From a virus (taxonomy: Duplodnaviria; Caudoviricetes), in IMG/VR virus record IMGVR_UViG_3300037045_000341, positions 1-31,130 of that record: a stretch of DNA of 31,130 bases. One strand, given 5' to 3'. The notes below the pieces were generated by a model. It worked only from the letters and a program-made list of their open reading frames with translations, was not told where the DNA came from and ran no database searches. Positions 1 through 9,067 of the stretch are shown piece after piece; position 1 is the first letter of the stretch, and the number at the start of each line of letters is the position of its first letter. The position numbers and the translations under genes are program-made.

Positions 1-1680
1 CTATTTTACGATGTCGCAGAAGTACGTGGCGCGTGCGTGCACGTTGTCCGCGGTGACATCGATCGTGCGATATCCAGCCGTATGGTTGGAATTCCAAAGC
101 GCGTCGTCGTTCGGCTCGTAGAAGCTCTTGCGTCTCCAGCTGAAAGCCGAGTCGGGCATGGATGCGGTCACCTCCTCTCCGTTGAGCAGCACCCTCGCGC
201 GCAACGTGGTGTTCATCGCCTCTCCGGGTTTGAACACATCCCCGTTGGATGACTCGACCACCGTCACGTAGGCCTCCCCCTGCTCCCCCTGGTCACCCTT
301 GCGGGGCCGTCCCATCGCGTTCTCCGCGATGTCGATCCGCTCGACCGATTCGGTGTAGCCGATGCCGGACACCCCCTCGGCCGTGTAGCGGGTTATCCCG
401 GTGGCCTCATCGGTCTCGCGGCTCAGCACCCGCATGAAGGCGTCCAGGCTGCTCACCGCCGTCTCCGTTATCCGAAGCAGCGTGCCGGGCTCGATCACGA
501 TGCGGGAGCCGAACGAGTAGGACTGCTTTCCCACCGTCTGGCGGCTCGCCAGGATCCTCGCCAGGCGCAGCGCGCTGCCCGCGTCCCCGATGACCTTCGC
601 GGTGTAGGTCCTCGGCCTGGCCCCCGCCACCACCTGCTGGCTGTAGGACCTTCCCCGGTACCAGATGTCGGCCACCACCGAGAACGCGGTGACGGTCTGC
701 GCGGACGCGGAGGTGGACCGGATGTACGCCGAGCAGTCGTCGGCTCCGAAGTCGGCGTGGACCGATACCTGAAGCGACTCCGGGCTGAACGCCACCCGGG
801 CGTTTTGACACGCGAGCAGCGTCCCGCCGTCGGAATGCTCCGAGATGTCGTACGGAAGCCGGTATCCCGCGGCATCCGCCCCGGAGGGGAATATCCCACC
901 GGCTGCGAGCGGGGAGCCGCCATCCGGCATCTCGGTGGCGTACACGGCCGCCCCGCCACGGAAGAGCACCGGCCGCCATCTGACCACCGTGCCCTTCTGC
1001 GAGCTGTCGGACCGCGTGAGCGAGAGCTCGGTGAGCAGGTCCCCGGTGCCGATGCTCAGCTGCGGCACGATCGTCTCGGGCGAGATGTCGATGATCTCGA
1101 ACCTGCCGTCGGCCGTGGCGCGGTAGGTCAGGCCGTATTCATACAGGGCCTCCTGCAGCCGGTCGGACACATAGTCCCCGTTGTCCAGCGAGTAGAACGG
1201 GATGCTCTCGGACCGGTCGAAACCCACCAGCACGTCCGAGGCGGCGATGCCTGCCTCGCCGAAAAGCCTGTGGATCAGCGACGTCCCGGGTGAGGCGCGG
1301 TCGATCAGTGTCAGGCCGGTCCACCGCACGGTGTCGAACACGTACCGCTCCAGCGTCGCCGACATGTCCAGCACCGACAGCGACAGCGGGTCCATGCGCT
1401 TCAGCGTCACCCGGCTGGTGGCGTACGGCCGCACGATCCCGCGCATGACGCTCACACCGTCCCTGAGGAGCCTGGCGGGGACATCGCCCTCGGCGAGCAT
1501 CAGGCGCGCCGACAGCCCTATCGCATGGTGGACCTTCAGCTCCACCGTCTGGATCTCGTGGCTGCCGTCACGGCCGATGCACACGCGCGGCACGTAGCCG
1601 TCCGCGAGCAATATCCGGTCGGAGAAGTCCTCCCAGCCGGAGCCGAAATCGAGCAGTAGCGTGTAGGTGGAGCCCCCCAT
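1..1680 (-). CDS. Phage minor tail / tail-tip protein
   Basis: Directly downstream of tape measure, coupled by TGATG overlap (ATG at 1680 preferred over 1695); short Gly-X-Y stretch KGDQGEQGE near the C-terminus. Confidence 0.7.
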   Translation of the reverse strand: MGGSTYTLLLDFGSGWEDFSDRILLADGYVPRVCIGRDGSHEIQTVELKVHHAIGLSARLMLAEGDVPARLLRDGVSVMRGIVRPYATSRVTLKRMDPLSLSVLDMSATLERYVFDTVRWTGLTLIDRASPGTSLIHRLFGEAGIAASDVLVGFDRSESIPFYSLDNGDYVSDRLQEALYEYGLTYRATADGRFEIIDISPETIVPQLSIGTGDLLTELSLTRSDSSQKGTVVRWRPVLFRGGAAVYATEMPDGGSPLAAGGIFPSGADAAGYRLPYDISEHSDGGTLLACQNARVAFSPESLQVSVHADFGADDCSAYIRSTSASAQTVTAFSVVADIWYRGRSYSQQVVAGARPRTYTAKVIGDAGSALRLARILASRQTVGKQSYSFGSRIVIEPGTLLRITETAVSSLDAFMRVLSRETDEATGITRYTAEGVSGIGYTESVERIDIAENAMGRPRKGDQGEQGEAYVTVVESSNGDVFKPGEAMNTTLRARVLLNGEEVTASMPDSAFSWRRKSFYEPNDDALWNSNHTAGYRTIDVTADNVHARATYFCDIVK

Positions 1681-4574
1681 CAGCGCCCTCCCCACGCGGG
1701 AAGCCGCCCGGTGCGCTGCGCCATCGAGATGCCCTCGTACACCGCGTCGGTCAGGTCCCGCCCCGTGTACGTCGGCGCGTTGACGTTGATGACCAGCGTG
1801 CTCTCATGGGTGCCAGCGCCGGTGAACCCCATGCTCTCGGCCCTGGACAGCGGCAGCACCATCTCGGGCTCGCCACCCTCGCCGATGATCGCCGAGGTCG
1901 GTTTGTACGCGATGCCGCCAGCGGCCAGCGCGGTGGCCGGGGTGTACTGCTGGCTCGAGATCACGCCGATCTGCGCGGCCGTCACCCCCGCGATCACCGC
2001 GGCGGCGATCGTGCCGCCGATGGGCCCGAGCGTGGCGTAGCCCTGCAGCACGGCCTGGGCCCCCAGTATGAGGGCCTGGGCGATGCTCTGGCGCTTGGTG
2101 TTCTCGAAGGCCGTCTTGGACACCGCGTTCTGGATGTCCGCCTTCTGCTTCTCCAGTGCCGCCACCCGGGATGCGGATGCCTCCTCGGAGGCCGTCTTCT
2201 CGTCGTCGAGGGCCTGCTGGGCGGCGATGTAGTCGCCGTATTCGATGAGGCCCCAGGCGTACCTGTCGGCCAGCGCCTGGCCGCGCTTGTCGTACTGGCT
2301 CTGCACGGCCTTGGTCTGCTTCTCCTGGAGCTTCTTCTCCGCGGCGATCTGCCTCTCCAGAATCCCCACCTGGGCCTTGGCCGCGTCCGCCTGCGCCTTC
2401 ACCATCGTCTCGTAGAACGAGATGCCGAGATCAGCCATCGCGCCGAAGTTGTCCTGGAGGAACGATGTCACCGACGCCACCGCGTCCTGGGCCTCGATGG
2501 CCCACTTCTTGATACCCGTGGTGGGGATCCTGGCCTCGAAGGCGGCCTCCAGCTGCTCGCGTATCGTGGGGAGAACCTCCCCGACCGCGCCAGGGATGGC
2601 GTTGATCCCGGCCTGCAGCCCCGTGATGATGAGCCCCAGGCTCTCCCGCTGGGCGTCGGTGAGGTCGGCCTGCCGCTGGTAGGCGGTGGCGATGTCGAGC
2701 GCGGCGAGCAGCCTCTGCCGCTCCTGATCGGCGGTCTCCCGCGCGTACGAGGCGTTCTTTTCGAGAAAAGCTTCCACCCCGGATGGCGCCTCAGGGGCGG
2801 CCGGTTCCTCGAATCCCGCCAGTGATTCCTTCAGTCCGGTGACGATCCGCGCCATGCCCTGGCGCTGCTCCTCGGTGAGGGTGTTCTGCAGCAGATAGGC
2901 CTCGGCCGTGGCCAGCGCGAGCGCAAGCCGCTCCTGCTCCTGCTCCTTCGTCTCGCGTGCGTAGGTCGCGTTCGCGGCCAGAAATGTCTCCATGTCGGTC
3001 TGCCCGTCACGCAGCTTGTAGTCAAGAGCCAGCTGCTCGTCTATGAGCGTGTTCGACCGCTCGTACATCGCCAGAAGGTCCCTGCTGTGGCTGACCTTCG
3101 CCATCGCCTCCACGTTGGAGGCCTTCAGCGCCTCCAGCTCGGCGATGCGGTTCTCGAGTATCATGCGCTGGTATCCCGCGGTCTGCGTGACCAAAGCGAG
3201 CGCCTTGTCCTGGGCGTCGAGCGCGGCCTTGTTCAGCCCGTCGCCAGCGGCCAGGGTGGGGGATACTCCGGGAATCGCACCTGCGGCCCTCGCGGCCAGC
3301 TTCTCCTCGGCCGGGGTGAGCGGCTGCTCCAGGCGCTGCTTGGCCATGGCCGACATGTACGCCTGCCCGTAGGCGGTGGCCGCAGCGTACCCGGCCTCCC
3401 TGGCCCGCGCGTTCAGCTCGGCCACCATGGCGTCGTAGGCCTTCACCTCCGCCTCCATGCCGGGAAGCCAGGCGGGCACCGAGCCCATGTAGCCGACCCC
3501 GGGCATCGATGTGGCGATCTTTTTCCGCAGTCCCTCCACCTCGGCGCGGCGGTCCTCGCCCGTGTGGGCCATCAGGTCGGCGGTGCTCATGTCCTTGGGG
3601 CTCGTCACCCCGGACCTCTGGTTGGCCTCCGCTATCCTGTCGTTCACCTCGCCGAGCTTTCTCAGCAGCCAGTCCATGGCGGGCGCCATGCCGTCGACTA
3701 TCGAGGCCCCGAGGCCCTCCTTGATATCCCCGATGGTGTTCTTGATCTGCTGGATCTTGTTCACGTCGATCTGGCCCTGGGCCCGCGCGAGGCCGCCGTA
3801 GGTCCTCGTCAGCTCCTCCAGGATCACCTTCTGGGCCCCCGCGGCATCGCCCTGGGCGGTCAGGCGCTTGATCGTCTCCTGCTGCACCGGGTTGAAGGTG
3901 ACCATGCTCTCCTTGAGCAGGGTGATCCCTTGCACAGGATCCTCCAGGGCGCGCGCGAGCTTCTTGGCGTTGGTGTGAACATCGGTGCCCAGCGCGACGG
4001 CCATGTCCAGGGCCGCCTCGGTGGCCACCGGCATGATGTCCTTGCCGATCTTGCCCGTCTGCACCATCATCTGCTGGATGGTGAGGATGGCCTCGTCGCC
4101 AAAGGTGGTGACGGCCTGCAGGGCTCCCGCGTAGTCCTTGAGGTCGCCCACGGTGTAGACCGACTCCTGGCCGGTGGCCCGGATGGCGGCGGCGAGCGAC
4201 GCCTCGGCCTGCGCCTGGACGGCGTGCAGCGCGACCATCTCCCTCGCGCTCGATATGACCATCCCGATGGACAGGCTCACCCCGGCCGCGGCGAGCCCGG
4301 CCTTGATGAGGTTCGCGGCCATCGACTGGGCGGTCTGGGGCACCTTGGTCTTCTCCAGGCCGTCGGCCTCGGTCTTCACCTTCTTCACACCGGAGGCGGC
4401 CTTGGCCGTGGCGTCGCCGCCAAGCTCCCTGACCTCGTCGTTCAGCCTGTCGACGCCGCTGGCTGCCTCGGTTGCTTTCACATCGAGGTTGTCGACTTCC
4501 GCGATCACCTTCTTGATGCCGCTCACGGCCTCGCCGGTGTCGCTGCTGATCTTGACTCTCAGGTCCTTGGCCAT
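1680..4574 (-). CDS. Tail tape measure protein
   Basis: 964 aa, Ala-rich and helical; follows tail chaperones; C-terminal ALAAGGIAYKPTSAIIGEGGEPEMVLPL motif typical of tape measures. Confidence 0.93.
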   Translation of the reverse strand: MAKDLRVKISSDTGEAVSGIKKVIAEVDNLDVKATEAASGVDRLNDEVRELGGDATAKAASGVKKVKTEADGLEKTKVPQTAQSMAANLIKAGLAAAGVSLSIGMVISSAREMVALHAVQAQAEASLAAAIRATGQESVYTVGDLKDYAGALQAVTTFGDEAILTIQQMMVQTGKIGKDIMPVATEAALDMAVALGTDVHTNAKKLARALEDPVQGITLLKESMVTFNPVQQETIKRLTAQGDAAGAQKVILEELTRTYGGLARAQGQIDVNKIQQIKNTIGDIKEGLGASIVDGMAPAMDWLLRKLGEVNDRIAEANQRSGVTSPKDMSTADLMAHTGEDRRAEVEGLRKKIATSMPGVGYMGSVPAWLPGMEAEVKAYDAMVAELNARAREAGYAAATAYGQAYMSAMAKQRLEQPLTPAEEKLAARAAGAIPGVSPTLAAGDGLNKAALDAQDKALALVTQTAGYQRMILENRIAELEALKASNVEAMAKVSHSRDLLAMYERSNTLIDEQLALDYKLRDGQTDMETFLAANATYARETKEQEQERLALALATAEAYLLQNTLTEEQRQGMARIVTGLKESLAGFEEPAAPEAPSGVEAFLEKNASYARETADQERQRLLAALDIATAYQRQADLTDAQRESLGLIITGLQAGINAIPGAVGEVLPTIREQLEAAFEARIPTTGIKKWAIEAQDAVASVTSFLQDNFGAMADLGISFYETMVKAQADAAKAQVGILERQIAAEKKLQEKQTKAVQSQYDKRGQALADRYAWGLIEYGDYIAAQQALDDEKTASEEASASRVAALEKQKADIQNAVSKTAFENTKRQSIAQALILGAQAVLQGYATLGPIGGTIAAAVIAGVTAAQIGVISSQQYTPATALAAGGIAYKPTSAIIGEGGEPEMVLPLSRAESMGFTGAGTHESTLVINVNAPTYTGRDLTDAVYEGISMAQRTGRLPAWGGR

Positions 4575-4575
4575 C

Positions 4576-4874
4576 TCACATCATCCTCGGGTGGTATATG
4601 CGGTCCAGCGGCTCCAGAATTTTCACGACCTGGGAGAGCCTGGCCGGTATGGCGGCCCACCCACCCTGGTACGGCCACCCCATGATCTTGAATTCCCAGA
4701 AGAACTGAAGCGCGCTCTCGCACAGCTCATCCTCCGCAAGGATGCCGGGAATGTCGTCGAGACGGACCTCGATGCCGCTTTTCAGCACCGCGGTGCGCTC
4801 CGGATCCCCGTACACCCGCTTGAAGTCCGCCGTGTACCCCTCCGCGAGGAGGCTGTAGTGGCGCGCTATTTTTT
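4576..4874 (-). CDS. Tail assembly chaperone, -1 frameshift extension (lambda gpT analogue)
   Basis: The -1 frame opens at the A9 run (IARHYSLLAEGYTADFKRVYGDPERT...) and ends 1 nt before the tape measure start. Confidence 0.8.
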
Positions 4875-5204
4875 TTTACCCTCGTAGGAGATGCTGCTCT
4901 CGTCCAGGATGTGGCTGGCAACCTCGTAGTACAGCGGATAGGTGCCTGCGATGCCCGGGACCTCCGCGACCTTGGGCGCCGCGTCCTTCCCGTCGATCTC
5001 GAAGGCCACGTTGCCCAGGACGTCCACCTGCTCGCGCCAGATGCGCGCCCAGGAGCTTTTTCCGTACACCCCGGCCAAAATCGCCTCGATCTGCTCGCCG
5101 GTGAGCAGCCGGTACTCCACGAACGGCCTGTCGGCGTCGGCCTGATCGGAGCTGTCGAGGCACTTCGGCTCGTATCTCCCCTTGGTCGCGATCGTGATCC
5201 TCAT
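4866..5204 (-). CDS. Tail assembly chaperone (lambda gpG analogue)
   Basis: 112 aa between tail tube and tape measure; ends GGT AAA AAA AAA TAG; SD TAAGGAG. Confidence 0.85.
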   Translation of the reverse strand: MRITIATKGRYEPKCLDSSDQADADRPFVEYRLLTGEQIEAILAGVYGKSSWARIWREQVDVLGNVAFEIDGKDAAPKVAEVPGIAGTYPLYYEVASHILDESSISYEGKKK

Positions 5205-5228
5205 CTGGTCTCCTTATGGAAAAGACAT

Positions 5229-5246
5229 CGGGGCCGTGCGGCCCCG
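5229..5246 (-). terminator. GC hairpin after major tail gene (partial terminator or mRNA stabiliser)
   Basis: CGGGGCC-GTGC-GGCCCCG perfect stem just after the tail tube stop; weak U-tract (ATGTCTTT on minus). Confidence 0.5.
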
Positions 5247-5250
5247 GTGG

Positions 5251-5658
5251 TCATGCCCCTGGCGCGCCTTCGGCGGGAGCCCCGTCGAACGTGAAGTTCG
5301 CGCTCCAGGTCGCCTTTCCCGCCGCGGGGGTGCTCATGTTGAAACTGGTGAACACCGCCGAGCCCGTGTACTCCTTCGTCGCGGACTGCACCAGGTGCAG
5401 GTCCCCACGCACCTCGTCCTCGCCCAGCCAGCTGGTGACCAGCGCGGCGCGCGCGGTGTCGGCCGCCGCGATCGAGCCGCCGATGCTTCCCGTGGCCCCC
5501 TTCTTTCCGCCCTGAGCCCCCGGCCAGTCGGTCCCGAGCTTGAGCACCTCCAGGGCCTCCTGGGAGAGGTCAAGCGACCAGGTGTCGCAATACAGCACCT
5601 CGGCGGTCCCGATCTTCACCGCCCCGTCCTTTCCCGTCAATACAGTCGTGTTCGCCAT
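5251..5658 (-). CDS. Major tail tube protein
   Basis: 135 aa beta-rich (GKDGAVKIG...WSLD...ATWSANFTFDG); lies between tail terminator and chaperone. Confidence 0.85.
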   Translation of the reverse strand: MANTTVLTGKDGAVKIGTAEVLYCDTWSLDLSQEALEVLKLGTDWPGAQGGKKGATGSIGGSIAAADTARAALVTSWLGEDEVRGDLHLVQSATKEYTGSAVFTSFNMSTPAAGKATWSANFTFDGAPAEGAPGA

Positions 5659-5675
5659 TCAATCCTTCCTTGTAT

Positions 5676-5825
5676 TCAATCCTCAAGCCTCTGGAGGACC
5701 GTCTCCTTGATCTTCTTCCCGTCGCGCCTGACCACAACGGGAACCATCACACCGCCGCATTTCGGGCACAGCCGGGGGGTCTTGAACTCCTCGATCCTGT
5801 GCCCGCATTTCGTGCACCTCACCAT
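5676..5825 (-). CDS. Small zinc-ribbon protein (49 aa, not in ORF track)
   Basis: MVRCTKCGHRIEEFKTPRLCPKCGGVMVPVVVRRDGKKIKETVLQRLED; two CxxC motifs; SD GGAGG; fills the intergenic gap. Confidence 0.75.
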   Translation of the reverse strand: MVRCTKCGHRIEEFKTPRLCPKCGGVMVPVVVRRDGKKIKETVLQRLED

Positions 5826-5827
5826 GC

Positions 5828-6292
5828 TCAGCTCCTCCACGCGATGACGTCGATGTCGATGTCCATCTCCACGAACAGAAAGAACAGGCCGTTGCGGGTG
5901 GCATCGCGCGCTTTTGAGAACGTGGCGGTCTTCACCTCAGCGATGTTTCCGCCGAAATGCGGTTCGTCCCGCAGCACCCCGTCGATGACAGCCTGGTACC
6001 TGCACAGCCTGGCGTAGCCGATATCCGGATCCTCGCAGGTGAACACCACCGCGATATCCGTCTCCATGGTCTCAAACGCATCGCCGTCCCCGCTCCTGTA
6101 ATCCTTATCGCTCTTGATAAGGAACGCGGGATGCGCATGCAGCCCACCCACCACATCCCGGTACCCGATGTCCCATTCCTGGATCTGAGGTAGATCGATA
6201 TCCGTCTGCCCGCCTATCCTGGACGGAAGGGCCTCTTGGAAAAACTGCAGCAGCGAGGCGAGAACCTCATAGGTGTCGAAATGCCCAATCAC
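5828..6292 (-). CDS. Tail terminator / tail completion protein
   Basis: 154 aa acidic protein at the syntenic position before the tail tube; GTGA overlap with upstream gene. Confidence 0.65.
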   Translation of the reverse strand: MIGHFDTYEVLASLLQFFQEALPSRIGGQTDIDLPQIQEWDIGYRDVVGGLHAHPAFLIKSDKDYRSGDGDAFETMETDIAVVFTCEDPDIGYARLCRYQAVIDGVLRDEPHFGGNIAEVKTATFSKARDATRNGLFFLFVEMDIDIDVIAWRS

Positions 6293-6717
6293 ATCACCTC
6301 CAGCCTGCGGCCCATCCGCTCGAGATTCTCCTCAACCAGCCTCATGTAGTTGTCACCGGTGGCATAATTCCTAGATCCCCGGGTCAAAAAATCCCTGCGG
6401 GTGCCTTTCCACCGGTACAGATAGTTCAGATGCCCTTTCACTCCGACACCGAAATCAACGAACCACCCGCGCTCTCCTTTTGCAGCCTGGTAGGCCCTGG
6501 TGCTGCCATGCGTCTCTCCGGTGATCTGGCCAAGCGGGTCCCCGGTGAGAAAACCGCTCCGTATGTACGCGGCCATGTCATGCGCGACGTCCCCCATGGA
6601 GTAGGACATGATCTTCGGAAGCGCGTCACCGAACCGGTTCATGCGTTCCAACAGCTGGCCGTCGATCTCTATGCGCAGGACATTGTGACGTTGACGGGGT
6701 TTTCGCTTAACGCTCAT
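6289..6717 (-). CDS. HK97 gp10-like tail component / neck protein
   Basis: 142 aa basic protein with GQITGETHGS stretch; syntenic position; ATGA overlap. Confidence 0.6.
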   Translation of the reverse strand: MSVKRKPRQRHNVLRIEIDGQLLERMNRFGDALPKIMSYSMGDVAHDMAAYIRSGFLTGDPLGQITGETHGSTRAYQAAKGERGWFVDFGVGVKGHLNYLYRWKGTRRDFLTRGSRNYATGDNYMRLVEENLERMGRRLEVM

Positions 6718-7289
6718 CTGACCATCCCCCTCCGGTATTGGCTAAGCAGCAGCCTGGCGAAATCAGTCGGCGCGGTCGTCTCCAGCGTCTCGGTCCCGCC
6801 CTCGGGCATCGTCCGGCTCGACACCCCGGACGAGGTCCCGGCCAGCCGTCGCTTCATCATCTGCATGGTGTCCACGCATGCGGCCTCGATATCTTCAGGA
6901 ACATTGGCATATCCAGCCTCGTACACCACCCGCACGCAATCAGCCATGTCGGGCAGTACGATTCCATACAGGGTGACGATACCGGTCGACGGATCGACCC
7001 GGTACGACCCCGGCTCCAAAGCGGTATTGAAAACCCTGGACCTGTCCACCGACAGGGAGACGATCGAGACCACGGGAGCCTCGTCTAGAACAAGGCGGTC
7101 GTGGCCGTTCCCGTCGATGTACTGCGTGACCGTCCTGAGGTGGATGTCCCGGCCGAGAAACCCTAGGCAAGCCCTGGAAGCGGCGCTGATCAGCACGGCA
7201 TAGGCGGCCTCGATCTTCGAGCCTGCCGGGATATCAAGTCCATACGCGCTTCTGAGCCGCTCCAAGGTGACAAGATCGGTCTGGGACAT
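6714..7289 (-). CDS. Head-tail connector / adaptor (gp6-like, long form)
   Basis: LVTLERLR start, ISAASRACLGFLGR, VVYEAGYANVPEDIEAA, LLSQYRR end; directly after capsid. Confidence 0.85.
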   Translation of the reverse strand: MSQTDLVTLERLRSAYGLDIPAGSKIEAAYAVLISAASRACLGFLGRDIHLRTVTQYIDGNGHDRLVLDEAPVVSIVSLSVDRSRVFNTALEPGSYRVDPSTGIVTLYGIVLPDMADCVRVVYEAGYANVPEDIEAACVDTMQMMKRRLAGTSSGVSSRTMPEGGTETLETTAPTDFARLLLSQYRRGMVR

Positions 7290-7301
7290 CCTTCAATCCT
7301 C

Positions 7302-8411
7302 CTACGCCGCGGCCATCTTGAGGATCTTGAACGCATCGGCGAGCAGGACATTGCCGTCCACACGCTCGGTGGCCTTGATCCCCTTCTGGTCGGTCTCGGC
7401 GTACAATTCGTTCAGAACGCTCACCTTCAGACCCTGGCGGTCGACGATCTGATAGAAATTCAGGTTCGCCGCGATCACAGCCCGCTTCCCAGCGGCAGCT
7501 GCATCCACATCGCCGAGTGTGACGATCGGCAGATCCTCGATCTGCTTCAGCTCGGCCTGGGGCGGGAAGTAGTACTGCCCGTTCTCGTCCTTCAGCAGCG
7601 ACACCTGCAGCTTGGTCGCCGAGTTCATGATCAGCACAGACCCGTCCTTGTAATCCCCCAGAGCCGCGATCAGTGTCTTGATCTCATCAAGAGTGATGAC
7701 AGTCGCCGACAGCGCTGTCACCGCGTTGGCTGCCACCGCCGTAAGGATTCCGGTGATATGGTTCGCACCCTTGCCGGTGCCCTTGATGATCTCGGTATCC
7801 TCTTTCTTGGCGAAAGCCCTGGCCACGTTGTCGGTCAGCCAACCGAGCGCGTCCACAGCCACATCGGAGAGGAACTCCTCGGAGACCTTGACCAGCACAC
7901 CCAGCTTGTAGGCCGAGAAAGTGACCATATCCAGAGAGGGTTCGTCCTCAGGAATAGGCTGGGCCTCCCCGACGTATTCAGCAACGACCTGGTCAGCGTC
8001 CACAGCGATGGTGAAATCACCCGCCAGAGACATCCTCCGGCAGCGGCCGCGCAGCTTTCCATAGCTCTCGCGCTTGAGCAGGATGCTCGAGGCGACGGTG
8101 GAGGGAACGATACCTGTGTAGGTGGATCCCACCGCGACGGCTTCCTTGATCTTGGTGATGAAGTTCTTCGCCTCGTCATCGATTTTCCCGGAACTCTCCT
8201 CGAGCTCCCTTCTGGCACCTTCATCAAGCGAGCCTTCGCCTGCTGTGCGCTGGGCCTCGGTGATCGCATACTCGACCTGCTGGATCTCCTTGACCTTTGT
8301 TTCGTATGCCTTCACATCCTCATCCTTGAAGGATTCGGTCATGATCTTGAACAGTCCGGCCCGTTCCTTCCGAAGAGCCGCCAGTTTCTCCAACAATGCC
8401 TTCAAATCCAT
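7302..8411 (-). CDS. Major capsid protein, HK97 fold with N-terminal coiled-coil scaffold domain
   Basis: Start MDLKALLEK at 8411 (ORF-track upstream extension overlaps the protease gene); AEYVGEAQPIPE, VKVSEEFLSD, ERVDG. Confidence 0.93.
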   Translation of the reverse strand: MDLKALLEKLAALRKERAGLFKIMTESFKDEDVKAYETKVKEIQQVEYAITEAQRTAGEGSLDEGARRELEESSGKIDDEAKNFITKIKEAVAVGSTYTGIVPSTVASSILLKRESYGKLRGRCRRMSLAGDFTIAVDADQVVAEYVGEAQPIPEDEPSLDMVTFSAYKLGVLVKVSEEFLSDVAVDALGWLTDNVARAFAKKEDTEIIKGTGKGANHITGILTAVAANAVTALSATVITLDEIKTLIAALGDYKDGSVLIMNSATKLQVSLLKDENGQYYFPPQAELKQIEDLPIVTLGDVDAAAAGKRAVIAANLNFYQIVDRQGLKVSVLNELYAETDQKGIKATERVDGNVLLADAFKILKMAAA

Positions 8412-8412
8412 G

Positions 8413-9060
8413 TTAGTTCTCCTTGTTTTCCAGCGCCTCAAGGCGCTTGTATAATTCGACACGTTCAACGATCTCCTTGGACGGCTCCTCGGTTTCCTCC
8501 GGCAACGGTTCGCCGGATTCCTGATCATCCTCAACGCTCTCGTTCTTCGCTTTATCACCCCCAGGGGTGGCATAGGTCTCGTTCGCAGGGTCCACGACGA
8601 AATCCAGATACCGCACCAGCTCGTAGGTGGTGGAATTCACCACCCCGTCCTTGTCGGTCTCACCGTACCCGACGCAGGAAACCCCGATACCGACCCCGCT
8701 CTTGTGGATCGCCTCGAGCTTGGCGCTATATCCAGGATCCACCATGAAGATGTCCACCCACAGCTGATCCCCTTCGATGCGGGGATTCTTAGAGACAGCC
8801 TTGACATCTGAATACGCCTTCCCGTAATCGTTCCCATGGGAATCGTAGGATATCGTGGCCTTGTTCTCAGCCACGATCCGCTTCGCCAGCTCATCGGTAT
8901 ATACCCGCCCGTTCAGATTCAGCTTGCCGATGTTCCAGACCGGCGAGGTCCATGCGCTCACCGCGCCGGATTCCTCGGCAAGCCGCTCATCAGGCAGCCG
9001 TCTCATGGTCGTGGCCACCGCATGTTCCCGCAGCAGCATCAGTTTCCCTTTCCCTGGCAT
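8413..9060 (-). CDS. Prohead maturation protease (T4 gp21-like motifs)
   Basis: SD GAGGTG before ATG 9060; NLNGRVY, GVSCVGYG, DFVVDPA; between portal and capsid. Confidence 0.8.
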   Translation of the reverse strand: MPGKGKLMLLREHAVATTMRRLPDERLAEESGAVSAWTSPVWNIGKLNLNGRVYTDELAKRIVAENKATISYDSHGNDYGKAYSDVKAVSKNPRIEGDQLWVDIFMVDPGYSAKLEAIHKSGVGIGVSCVGYGETDKDGVVNSTTYELVRYLDFVVDPANETYATPGGDKAKNESVEDDQESGEPLPEETEEPSKEIVERVELYKRLEALENKEN

Positions 9061-9067
9061 GTTCACC

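Noticed and set aside
1711-4887. Long plus-strand ORFs (339, 532, 237 aa) opposite the tape measure gene
   Set aside because: Antisense shadows of a GC-rich gene; no motifs
8412-8573. N-terminal extension of the capsid ORF in the track
   Set aside because: Overlaps the protease gene in another frame; SD-supported ATG at 8411
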